Source of the DNA: the human T2T-CHM13v2.0 reference genome, Homo sapiens
Assembly (NCBI RefSeq): GCF_009914755.1
Contig: NC_060928.1
Direction: 5' to 3' (one strand)
DNA length: 64,000 bases
Below, piece by piece: positions 27,376 to 39,965 of the stretch. The notes below the pieces were generated by a model, which worked only from the letters and a program-made list of their open reading frames with translations, was not told the DNA's origin and searched no databases. The translations under genes and the position numbers were made by a program. Each line of letters begins with the position of its first letter. Within the stretch, counting starts at the first letter, position 1.

Positions 27376-29623
27376 CATCCTTTGACTTTTTAATCTGTCG
27401 TTTCTCAATTTTTATTTTGGTTAGGAACCATTGCTAGAGAGTTGGTGTGATACTTTGATGGGGTCATACTTTGATGATACCAGATTTCATACTGCCAGAA
27501 TTCTTAAACTGGTTCCTTTTTATGCAGAAACGGTAGTACTTCTTATTTGTTAAGTTACTTTTGTTTAAATCAGATTTTTTTTCTCTATATTTATTTATTT
27601 TTTCTCCTTGAAGATGTTACTATGGAGTTTTCTGGGCAGGCTCTTTTGACTTCACTTCTACACTTCTGTCAGCGTGTTTTATATTGGGTTGTGCTGTTCA
27701 ACCTACAGGCCAGTCAGTGGAGCTTGTGGGTAAGAACCAGCTGTGGCAAAAGCAGATGGGTATGTACTTGATCTTTGTTTACTGTGAGGTGCTCTCTGTT
27801 GCCTCAGGTGATAGACTGGGTGGTGGAATGCTTGGTGCCTTGAACTTCCTATTCATTGGAAGGGAGGGCATAGCTGGGCACAGCTTGGCCACCTGGTATG
27901 CCCACAACTACCCCAATGACAACCTCAGGAACAGCCCTGATAGGGGTGTAAAGGGAACTCCCAGTAAAACGAACAAAAGTCTCTGCAGGTGGAGAGGTGA
28001 CTGCACCAACTCCACCTCCTAGATAGGTAGAAACTGATCTGTTTACCTATCACGGGCCTGTCCCAGGTGACTCTCAGTTCGAATGCACATTGTTGGCTAT
28101 CTCCTGGCCACAGTGTCGATCATAGCGACAGAAAATGCCTGTGTTGTGGCACTCTGTGGGAGTGGTTTAGGGGTGGAGTCTGTTTACTCAGTTCAATCCA
28201 GGCAGCTCTGTGGCTTTCCTGTTCAATGACACGGTAACACTGCTGCTTCATGTAGAGAGGGGCAGGGGTGTTGCCTTTTGTCATGTGCAAGTGGGTGTCA
28301 GATGTGTTGCTGTAGGCTGAGGTCAACCTGACCTCAGTCCCTGGGGGAAGTGGTCAGGTGCCAGCAGTGTTAGACTGACCTAGGCAATCCCCCAATTCCC
28401 TGGCCCCTGGATGGCCCACCATACAATGTGCATGAAGATACTGACTGGGACCTGGCCGATGGACTTGTTCCCGGGGCCCTAGAATTCAAGTGTTGGCTGT
28501 GATAGGGCTGGGTGGACTGTCTCCAGATCACCAGCAGAAGTCTGTGATGGGGTCAAGCAGAATGCTCAGGGGGTGGCAGACTGCTCAGGTGAAGGGAGAC
28601 TCAGGGCAGATTATAGGCCTGTGCAGGCTGGGCCCTCAGAAGGGCTCCAGGCCACAGTTGAAATGGTCAAGTGGAAGCAAGGTGGCTGTGCTGTGAGTCA
28701 TTCACTGGGGAAGGCAGGCCCCTGCCAGCTGTAACAATGGAGACCTGCAGCTGTGGGGCTTGTGACCCACTTGCACTTCCCTTCCACAGAAGCGGCAGTG
28801 TATTTTGCTGTTGGGGGTTCATGAAGGTGCCTGGCTTCTTCACTCTTTCCCAGGCTTAGGGACAGCAGGAGTGGCACAGTGGTAGTGGCGACTGCAATGG
28901 GAACAAAAGGGGGCTGGGCTCTCAGAGGAACACCATGCCAATAGCCAAAGTACTCAAGTGTGGGCAGGGTGGCTGCAGGTGCTGGGGACCTGATGCCAAA
29001 GCAGGTGGGCTCCATTTAGTGGGAGAGCAGAGGGGGTAGGGAGTTGTGAAGTGCATTGTCTGCCCATTCTTTTGTACCATTGCTGCTATATCTGTCTTTG
29101 GAGCATGCGTAAGTTCCGTACCCCAGTCTCCCTCTTTGGTGGAGTCACGTCAGCTGGTACCAGGCCACTTAGGGATTTAAAGCCTGTGGGATTCTACTTG
29201 GGCTTGAGCAGTGCCTCTGTGAAGACTCCAGGCAGCTTCCTGTGTCCCTCTGGAGGCCTGGGGGTATTGAGGAGGCTCTCCTGTAGCTAGGATTGTAACA
29301 GTCCATGGCAGCAGTGTGGAACCCTGGAGAGGATCTCTCACTCATGCCTTCCCTGCTTTAGGGAGCCTCCCACAACTTCATGCAGGACCAAGCTCAGCAG
29401 GCAGCCTGGCTTTGTTCTCCTCTGCTTTCCGTAATTTGTATTGCTTCTCTGATTAATTCAAGTGTGCTCACTTAGAAGATGTCCTTGAAGTGCTATTATG
29501 TTTCATTTTAATTCTTCTCCATGACAGAGGTGCCACTAGCTTCTTCTAGTCTACTATCTTGAACAGTAACATTCCATTATAGTTTTTAATTGCAAATGAA
29601 AAGTTGATATTCTGGTTAAGGTA

Positions 29624-30053
29624 TGTATTAGAGTTCTCTAGAGGCACAGAACTAATAGGATATATATGAGTTTATTAAGGAGTATTAACTCACAGGATCA
29701 CAAGGTCCCACAACAGGCCATCTGCAAGCTGAGGGGCAAGGAAGCCAGTCGGAGTCCCAGAGGTGAAGAACTTGGAGTCTATCTTCCAGGCAGGAAGCAT
29801 CCAGTGAAGGAGAAAGATGTAGGCTGGGAGGCTAAGCCAGTTTCATCTTTTCATGTTCTCATGCTTGGTTTTTATTCTGGCTACATGGGCAGCTGATTAG
29901 ATTGTGCCCACCCAGATTAAGGGTGGGTCTGCCTTTCCCAGTCCACTGACTGAAATGTTAACCACCTTTGGCAACACCCTCATAGACACACCCAGGATCA
30001 ATACTTTGCATCCTTCAATCCAATCAAGTTGACACTCAGTATTAACCGTCACA
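29624..30053 (-). mobile_element. MLT2A (HERV-L) solo LTR
   Basis: Minus strand starts tgtgacggttaatactgagtgtcaacttgattggattgaaggatgc and ends ...ctaataca; 5-bp TSD aggta / agtta. Confidence 0.92.
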
Positions 30054-30195
30054 AGTTATAACTTTCTATAAATGTCTTTCAAATGTACATGAAATATAAA
30101 TCACATTAAGACTCTGATCATTTATTTAAAAAACTGATACATGTGATTGTTTTACAATAAGACCCTAGTATTTTATCATTAAGAAAAAATAATCC

Positions 30196-30589
<394 letters not shown>

Positions 30590-30735
30590 CTAGTCACATA
30601 TTAGACATCAAGGGATAAATGTAATTACGTACCAAATATGCACATATGTAGCTAAGGAATATATTATTGCATATGGCTTTGATACACTCACACTTCTGTA
30701 TTGGTAAAACTTCTTGTGACAGAAAATAATCATGA

Positions 30736-31106
<371 letters not shown>

Positions 31107-32038
31107 TAGGTAGTGGTGAATTTAACACATGAAATAAAACTGAACAGAGAAGAAGAGTTCCTGTCAAGGGCAAAACTATGTTAGATATCTTACATACTTA
31201 TTATGGTTGACACAGGCAAATCATCTATGAATTTAAGCTTTGGTTTAAAATCTGATGTCAGAGAAAACTTCTAGGCCATATTAGAAAGTCTGTATTTATT
31301 CAGCACTCCTTCTCATTCTGTTAAAAACTCCATGGACTAATATTAACCTTGAAAATATTCTAAAGTTGGCTATTACATGCTTTTCTGATGACTCATATAT
31401 TCAACACCAAAGTAGGAAACATAAAACAGATTATATATGATATATATATGTTATAATATATAATTGTAAAAATTTTACATGTGTACCTGTGTGTAATATC
31501 TACAACTGCTAAAAAGTTATATTCATTTAATGTTAGATATTAACCTTGGCATGAAGATGTTTTATCATTTTAATTTTCTGTATAAATAGAGCACACTCCA
31601 TTCATTAACAAAAAATGGCTGTGTGTACTGAACTAAAACTTGGATTTTCCTATTCATGAAAATTTGATACTTTGAAATTAGCTTAAAAATAACTTATTAA
31701 AAATAAACTTTAGAGCATAAAAATTTTAAATATAAAACCAGAGGAATTTTATTATTTAAAAATGAATGCACTGAAAATTATGTTTTTCTTTTTATTTCTT
31801 AGTTTTAGAATCCCAAGACAAAATTTATTTCTTCTATCCTTTACCCAATGCTTCCCTTACTATAGACTCCCAAGTTAAAATAGAATTTCTATAAGCGATT
31901 TGTTTTACCATAGTAAAATAAAATTATCTTTGCTTAGTTTAAAAGGAAAATGGAACAAACCTCTAGATTTAAGTTTCTTAGGTTATTTAATTTTAGGTAA
32001 ACATCTAATTTTTATTGGCATCAGGGATAATTAATTAT

Positions 32039-32528
32039 TGTGATGGTTAGTACTGAGTGTCAACTTGATTGGATTGAAGGATGCAACATATTGATCCTGG
32101 ATGTGTCTGTGAGGGTGTTGCCAAAGAAGATTAACATTTGAGTCAGTGGGCTGGGAAAGACAGGCCCACCCTTAATCTGGGTGGGCACCATCTAATAAGC
32201 TGCCAGCAAATACAAAGCAGGCAGAAAAACGTGAAAAGACAAAACTGGCTTAGCCTCCCAGCCTACATCTTTCTCCCTTGCTGGATGCTTCTTGCCTTCA
32301 AACATAGGACTCCAAGTTCTTCAGCTTTGAGACTCAGACTGGCTTCTCTGTTCCTCAGCTTGCAGATGGCCTGTTGTGGGACCTTGTGATCCTGTGAGTT
32401 AATACTCCTAATAAACTCCCATATATACAGGATAGATATATATATAATAGGATATATATAATCTATCTATATATATAATAGGATATATATATCTTATTAG
32501 TTCTATCTTTCTTGAGAACCCTAATACA
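32039..32528 (+). mobile_element. MLT2A (HERV-L) solo LTR with an expanded (TA/GATA) tract
   Basis: tgtgatggttagtactgagtgtcaacttgattggattgaaggatgc ... gagaaccctaataca; 5-bp TSD attat / attaa. Confidence 0.92.
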
Positions 32529-32641
32529 ATTAAGAATTTTAAAAATGTAATAAATTTGTTCTCTAGAATCAGCCAATTTATAAATGATATGAACAATTGA
32601 ATTATTTTAAAATTTTTGAAAAATAACCCCAACAATAATGA

Positions 32642-32954
<313 letters not shown>

Positions 32955-35929
32955 AATTTTATTACTTATTATGTAATTATTAACTACCATACACTCTTTT
33001 AAGTTAATATGTACTAACTTATTTAATTCTCTCTACAACACTATGACCTAGTTTAATACAATTATTACCACTTTAAAAGTGATGAAATTGACACTGAAAT
33101 AGTATCTTGCCCAATTGAATGCAACTATTGTGGGGAGGAATCAGTATTCAAATGGAAGCAGTCCAATTCCAGAGTTGATTATGGCTTCTTTGAAGGTCAA
33201 CAAGGAGAAGTTTCAATACAGATAAACGCAAAAGAACTTCTTAAACGTATCACCTCTTACTTTTGCACACTTTCTACAATGACCTATTATTGTATAATAT
33301 TTGTCAAAGGGAATTTTATCTTTGTTCACAAGGAACATACATGAAGAATTTCAAATTTTATTTCAATAAAGTCAGTTTATCCTGAATTGTTTTTGAAGTG
33401 GATGGGTAATAATTCATAAATTATAAATAATGTTTTAGTTCTTTTGATCTTTTTCATCTAAGAATTCTTGCCTTAAACTTTTCCATTACAGACTCAAGTC
33501 TTGAGTCTTCAGATCATCTATAGCCCACTGAATAAAAGTTTGTATGACTGACACTTAGAATTGAACTAAATACTGCTAGGTAAAGCAAAAATAAATAAAT
33601 AAATAAAGTTTAAGATAAGGTTGGAATTGAAATTTGAAGTTTTATTTGGAAGAAAGCGGAAAATAGGAAAGGATAGCATAATGAGGAACAAACCAGAAAT
33701 AAGAAATAAGAAGGATAACGAAGAAATATGTATTTTAAACACTTATCTCAGCTAAGGATTAGATGACACAGCATAAAGAAAGCAGGATATTTTCTGTCCA
33801 TAACCATGGAAATGTGGGCATTTTATTTGAAAGTTATAGTCAAGCAAATAACAACTAAGAAAAATCTCTCTGATTAGTTGGCATAGATAGATAGCCAAGC
33901 AGATAGATCCACGTGCTTGGAAAGCATATGATTTCAATAAAAACGATATACAAAATAGTATTTTGATAGATCTTGTTAACATTTATTTTAGAAATCACAA
34001 ACAACCTTCTGGAAACTGTACTTAAAATGCCATTTCTATCAAGAACTCAACTGACTTCCAATAAGTTCTAAATATTATTGCTTTGGGCATATGCAAATTA
34101 CTTTTTACAGGTAGGCAAAGCAATATCTCCTGATAATTCCTTCTTCTTCAAAATTCTCCTAATTCCACTAAAAATAACATATCATTTATTATAGCTAATA
34201 TATTATTATGATTATAATGCTCTTCTCTCATTTGTGTACCTTAATTCTATTTTAAATAATAGATTCAAATTCACTTACAAATAATGCCACATATATGATC
34301 TGCTGACAAACCCTTATTCCTTTAAATCAGGCAAAAGAATCTTGCTATAGGTTGTCATCTAGCAAATGACTTTCTTGGCTCCTTGTCTTTACCCTCACTG
34401 GATTCCCCAGAAGATTATATAATGCAATCAATTTGGAGTATAAGGAGAATATTCAATTTGGCATTAAAATATCCAGTTCAAAACAAAAAACAAAATCCAG
34501 TGCAACCTAAATCTAAACTTTGGTTGCACATTGAATAAAAAGGTGTTTCCCTTTACTTCTGGCTCAGGATTAGTATTTTATAAGGGGAATTAGGGTGAGA
34601 AAGTATCTATTTCTTGTATCTCCTGAATGAAGATTGCAATGTTATTATTCTCTGTGTTCACATTTTTGTTCTCTGTGTGACAGATAACCAAATGTTGGAT
34701 ATTTCTCATACAGTGCAACAATTAAAAAGCCTTGGGAAAAATATTGTCATTAAAAAATCAAAATAATCCTTCTACTTCAGTGGAAACACATGAGATGGAA
34801 GGTCTTTCCACATATAAAAATTACTGGTCCAACTTGATACAATATCAATGTGAATTAAAGCAGTATATCCTGGACAGCATGGTTCTGGGTTATAGTTACT
34901 TGGGGCTCCAACTCTTCTTGGTGGACAGAACTTATGAGCTACATGGAGAAGTATGAGACCATGGTGTAGGTCAAAGAACTTAGAATAACTATATCTGACC
35001 AAGACAGCAGATACAGGCAGGACATGAGTGGTCTCAATGAAGGAGATAAAAGGCAGTAACTGGTAAGGCATTATGAAATTGAGAGGGTGCAGCTTTAAAG
35101 ACGAAGAGACAGTGGTGATAGAGTATTCTTATGTTCTACAAGCTGGGAACACTGTAAGAATGTTCCTGTTCTTAAACAGAAATGTAAGAGTAGACATTGT
35201 AGATAATAGGACATCCTGTGTTACACAGCGTTTCCTAAAATGTGCTTTAAACTTTAGGAGCCTGCAAATTTTCAAGGCCTGAGAAAAATCAGGTTTTAGG
35301 AATAATTTTTGTAGTTACCTCTCCCATAGAGTTAGGAAATTGGCTAGCCCTTACAAATACTTGCCTCTCTGACTTAAATTTTTGTTTGATTTTTATTCTT
35401 TCTATTACTGGCATATGCTTTCCTTCAGTATATTTACTACATTAATTCATTTATAAAGCCAGGTGCTCATCTTGTCTATGACTTATTCTGTCTTTTTAAT
35501 AAAGAAGAAACTAATTGGGGGCCCATGGAATTTATCTGGCCACAGATACACATTTTGTTATTGTTGTTTTTCATTTGTTTGTCTGTTTTGAACCTCGTAA
35601 TTATTTTCCTTTAAATTTAAATGCCTTCAGTGACCAACTGTATTCTTTTCTAATTTGCAGTTTATGTGACTCCCTCTTGTCTTATGCTTGAATCAATTAA
35701 TTCATAGTAACTGTTTGCTTCTTGTGTACACGTGACTGTTTAGCCCTTTATTAAGTTGAATTTCTCTATGAATTGCACCATTCCCAGTTCATCCTCTATT
35801 TCCCCTTTCTGCAGTAACCAGGAGTAAGAGTTTCACTTTCTCAGCCTGTTGCCGCTGGGGGCAGATAGAGAACAAATAAGGCAATATCCTAATTAGCTGC
35901 TGCCAAATGAGCTCAGAAGGAAAGGCTAT

Positions 35930-36407
35930 TGTAGGCGAGCTTCCCCTTTAGGGTTTCTTTTGGCTGGGCTTGAGAATTAAATTGACATAAGACAGACCAA
36001 CAGGAGAAATGCATACACACTTATGTAATGCAAATTTTATGTGGCATAGAAGCCTTCATAAAGAAGTGAAGACCAAAGAAGAAGTTAAGGGTACTGTTTA
36101 CTGAATTGGACACAGAGTAGTATGCTGTGAAGAGGCAACTAAATTATGTGAGAGACTGAAAAGATGAGTTATTCCAACAAGGTCTGTGCAGTGTTGTCTC
36201 AGCCCTGAGCCTTGACTTCTTGTCCTTGAAGATAAGGATGTTGCCTTCTTTCTTGTATAGGGAGAGTGGCTTTCACGCAGGAATTTCACCTTCTGCTTTT
36301 AGAAAACAGAAAAGAGGTCAGCATGATCTTTTTGTGCTTGCCATTTTTCAAGTGCCTTTATTTCATAACAGTCAATATGCCAGGGTGGTATATTTTTAAC
36401 TCTTTCA
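35930..36407. mobile_element. ERV1-class solo LTR (subfamily and orientation uncertain)
   Basis: TG...CA termini with perfect 4-bp TSD ctat (35926-35929, 36408-36411); aattaaattgacataagacagaccaacaggagaaa resembles ERV1 LTR consensus sequences. Confidence 0.7.
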
Positions 36408-37820
36408 CTATCTTATCCCAGTTTTCTGCCAAGCTTTAATCAGAATTTATTCCAAAATGGTTTCTCTTCCTTAGATATCAAATGTTGATATACTTTGATA
36501 TTAATCATGAGTTTTGAGTTATCTGTAATTTCACCTCTCACCCTACTCTATTATTTCATTTCACTTTATTTAAGCTATATTTTAAACTGTATTTTATTCT
36601 ATTCTATTGTTTGCTCAGTCAGAAAATATTTTCCAGTGTTTAAAAAAATTTGTTATTAATAATTTTATTACTTTAAATGACACTAATATTGATAAATAGT
36701 ATTTTTAATATGAAATAACAATGGATTTTATTCAATATTATTAATATTAATCATTAATATTAACAATCTATTATTAAAACTATTAATAATTTTAAAATAT
36801 TAACAATTTTCTAAAAATTCAATAATGGCTGTTTTGTACATAAAAAGCCACACAGTATATTCTTCTGCAGCATGTCTCATTCCCACTTGTATCAGCAGTT
36901 CTATTGGTGAAGTGCTATGCCATTTCTACTTTTATAAACATCTATACTGTTGCTCTGCAACCTTACCAGTCACAAAAGTCTGAAGGTTATTATTTTTTTT
37001 TCCACCAATGAAAATAAACCTTCTACTTAATGTCATTTTTAAAACTTTACAACTGAAAAATTGGAATAGACCTAAAGGTGTAATAAATTATCAAATTGCT
37101 GAGAACATAAGTGCCATCTCTAAAATTTTGCCCTGTGTGCTATTATTGAAGTACTAATACACTAGGTACAGGGAGTTCTGAAATATTTTTTATTTCTCTT
37201 CTAACCAAGATACATCCAAGGATGGATAAGGATAAACAAAATAGTACTAGAGGGCAATCTTGCAAGATTCCTATGAGTGTTTGAGGCCTTCCTTTAAGAT
37301 GAAAATAGAGTCTAAATAATTTAACTCTACAGAACAAGGAAATCAAAGTCAGAATCTTTTGATCAATGCCCAAAACATGAACTAAAATTCCAGTGGGCTT
37401 TAAACAATGGGTAATGAAAAGTTGACAGTCTTTACTCTGTCCACATTATAAGAATGACAACGACTCTCTGAATTATGAATCGATTATTAATTTATATAAT
37501 TTAATATTTTTGAACTGATGACTTATGAATAAATTATATAACCAAGCTGCTTACTTTCTCTCCAGAAAATATATATACTTTTTATCTTTCTACTCTTAAA
37601 CCCTATTACCTTTATCTTCTGTCTAGTTCTCCCAGTTACCGAGAAAATCATATCAGGAAACTGTAATACAGACTATTCCTGCTCAAATCAGTTTTCTACA
37701 CATCATCTTCTCAGACACTGATATGCCTGTAATTAATTATGATTTTATTCTTGTTAAATCTTCTTAATATTTTCTTTGTGTTATTCTAGTATAAAGTGAA
37801 ACACCTTTAAAACACCTCTT

Positions 37821-37833
37821 AAAAAGAACCTAG
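37821..37833 (+). repeat. 5' target-site duplication of the retrocopy (3' copy at 41778-41790)
   Basis: aaaaagaacctag is identical on both sides; preceded by TT, giving the TT/AAAA L1 endonuclease site. Confidence 0.95.
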
Positions 37834-38025
37834 GAGCAGCGCGGGCGGCACCGGGAGGCAGCTGACAGGCGTTTGCGGCTTCGCTTCATGGCCGCTCTCC
37901 CGCCCCGCCTGGGACACCTGTGCGCCGCGCCTCTGAGGCGCAGCATGTGACGCGGAGACGGCATCCAGTGCGGGGCGAGCCTCTCAGCCGGCCCGGATGG
38001 CTACGATGGCCGAGCTCTTCGAGGA
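37834..38025 (+). promoter_or_regulatory. CpG-dense islet copied from the EXOC5 5' UTR
   Basis: About 24 CpGs in ~190 bp by hand count; GC-box-like cccgccccgcc; surroundings strongly CpG-depleted. Promoter activity is inference. Confidence 0.5.
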
Positions 38026-38924
38026 GGCTTTTGTGGCAGATGAATATATTGAACGTCTTGCATGGAGAACCCCAGGAGGAGGCTCTAGAGGTGGACCTGA
38101 AGCTTTTGATCCTAAAAGATTATTGGAAGAATTTGTAAATCATATTCAGGAACTCCAGTTAATGGATGAAAGGATTCAAAGGAGAGAAACTAGAGCAACA
38201 ATGTCAGAAAGAAGCCAAGGAATTTGCCAAGAAGGTACAAGAGCTGCAGAAAAGCAATCAGGTTGCCTTCCAACATTTCCAAGAACTAGATGAGCACATT
38301 AGCTATGTAGCAACTAAAGTCTCTCACCTTGGAGACCAGTTAGAGGGGTAAACACACCCAGACAATGGGCAGTGCAGGCTCAGAAACTGATGAAAAACTT
38401 TAATGAGTTTCTGGATGGAGAATTGAAATCTGATGTTTTTACAAATTCTGAAAATATAAAGGAAGCAGCAGACATCATTCAGAAGTTGCACCTAATTGCC
38501 CAAGAGTTACCTTTTGATAGATTTTCAGAAGTTAAGTCAAAAATTGCAAGTAAATACCATGATTTAGAATGCCAGCTGATTCAGGAGTTTACCGCTGCTC
38601 AAAGAAGAGGTGAAATCTCCAGAATGAGAGAAGTAGCAGCAGTTTTACTTCATTTTAAGGGTTATTCCCTTTGTGTTGATGTCTATACAAAGCAGTGCAA
38701 GGTGGGTGCTTATTTGAGAAATGATATATTTGAAGATGCTGCAATACTCTGTCAACGAGTGAACAAACGAGTTGGAGATATCTTCAGTAACCCAGAAATA
38801 GTCCTGGCTAAACTTATTCAAAATATATCAGACTTTCTCGTCTAAGCTTATCAAATCCATATTCATTTCCTATTTGGAGAACTATATTGAGGTGGAGACT
38901 AGATATTTGAAAAGCAGAAGTGCT

Positions 38925-39965
38925 ATGATCCTACAGCGCTATTATGATTCGAAAAACCATCAAAAGAGATCCATTGGCACAGGAGGTATTCAAGATTTGA
39001 AGGAGAGAATTAGACAACACACCAACTTACCACTTGGGCCAAGTATGGATACTTATGGGGAAACTTTTCTATCCCAAGAAGTGGTGGTTAATCTTTTACA
39101 AGAAACCCAACAAGCCTTTGAAAGATGTCATAGGCTCTCTGATCCTTCTGACTTGCCAGGGAATGCCTTCAGAATTTTTACCATTCTCATGGAATTTTTA
39201 TGTATTGAGCATATTGATTATGCTTTGGAAACAAGACTTGCTGGAATTCCCTCTTCAGATTCTAGGAATGCAAATCTTTATTTTTTGGATGTTGTGCAAC
39301 AGGCCAATACTATTTTTCATCTTTTTGACAAACAGCTTAATGATCACCTTATGCCACTAATAAGCTCTTCTCCTAAGTTATCTGAATGCCTTCAGAAGAA
39401 AAAAGAAATAATTGAACAAATGGAGATGAAATTGGATACTGGCATTGATAGGACATTAAATTGTATGATTGGACAGATGAAGCATATTTTGGCTGCAGAA
39501 CAAAAGAAAACAGATTTTAAGCCAGAAGATGAAAACAATGTTTTGATTCAATATACTAATGCCTGTGTAAAAGTCTGTGCTTATGTAAGAAAACAAGTGG
39601 AGAGGATTAAAAATTCCATGGATGGGAAGAATGTGGATACAGTTTTGATGGAACTTGGAGTATGTTTTCATCGACTTATCTATGAGCATCTTCAACAATA
39701 TTCCTACAGTTATATGGGTGGCATGTTGGCAGTTTGCGATGTAGCTGAATATAGGAAGTGTGCCAAAGACTTCAAGATTCCAATGGTATTACATCTTTTT
39801 GATACTCTGCATGCTCTTTGCAATCTTCTGGTAGTTGCCCCAGATAATTTAAAGCAAGTCTGCTCAGGAGAACAACTTGCTAATTTGGACAAGAATATAC
39901 TTCACTCCTTCGTACAACTTTGTGCTGATTATAGATCTGCCCGCCTTGCTCGACACTTCAACTGA
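38925..39965 (+). CDS. Residual open C-terminal Sec10 ORF (346 aa, MILQRYYD...RHFN); translation unproven
   Basis: Frame is open from 38829 to the native-position stop; first in-frame ATG at 38925 (gctATGa); the track's 38874 start is a TTG. Confidence 0.25.
   Translation: MILQRYYDSKNHQKRSIGTGGIQDLKERIRQHTNLPLGPSMDTYGETFLSQEVVVNLLQETQQAFERCHRLSDPSDLPGNAFRIFTILMEFLCIEHIDYALETRLAGIPSSDSRNANLYFLDVVQQANTIFHLFDKQLNDHLMPLISSSPKLSECLQKKKEIIEQMEMKLDTGIDRTLNCMIGQMKHILAAEQKKTDFKPEDENNVLIQYTNACVKVCAYVRKQVERIKNSMDGKNVDTVLMELGVCFHRLIYEHLQQYSYSYMGGMLAVCDVAEYRKCAKDFKIPMVLHLFDTLHALCNLLVVAPDNLKQVCSGEQLANLDKNILHSFVQLCADYRSARLARHFN

Noticed and set aside
27600-29570. GC-richer block with several 60-112 aa ORFs, resembling a gene or promoter
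   Set aside because: It is the CpG-decayed 5' UTR of the old L1; the ORFs show no recognisable homology.
33490-33508. Palindrome agactcaag-t-cttgagtct
   Set aside because: 9-bp arms are within chance expectation; no supporting context.
37997-39965. Functional EXOC5 gene
   Set aside because: No introns, two frameshifts, a large deletion, an A tail and TSDs: this is a retrocopy, not the parent.
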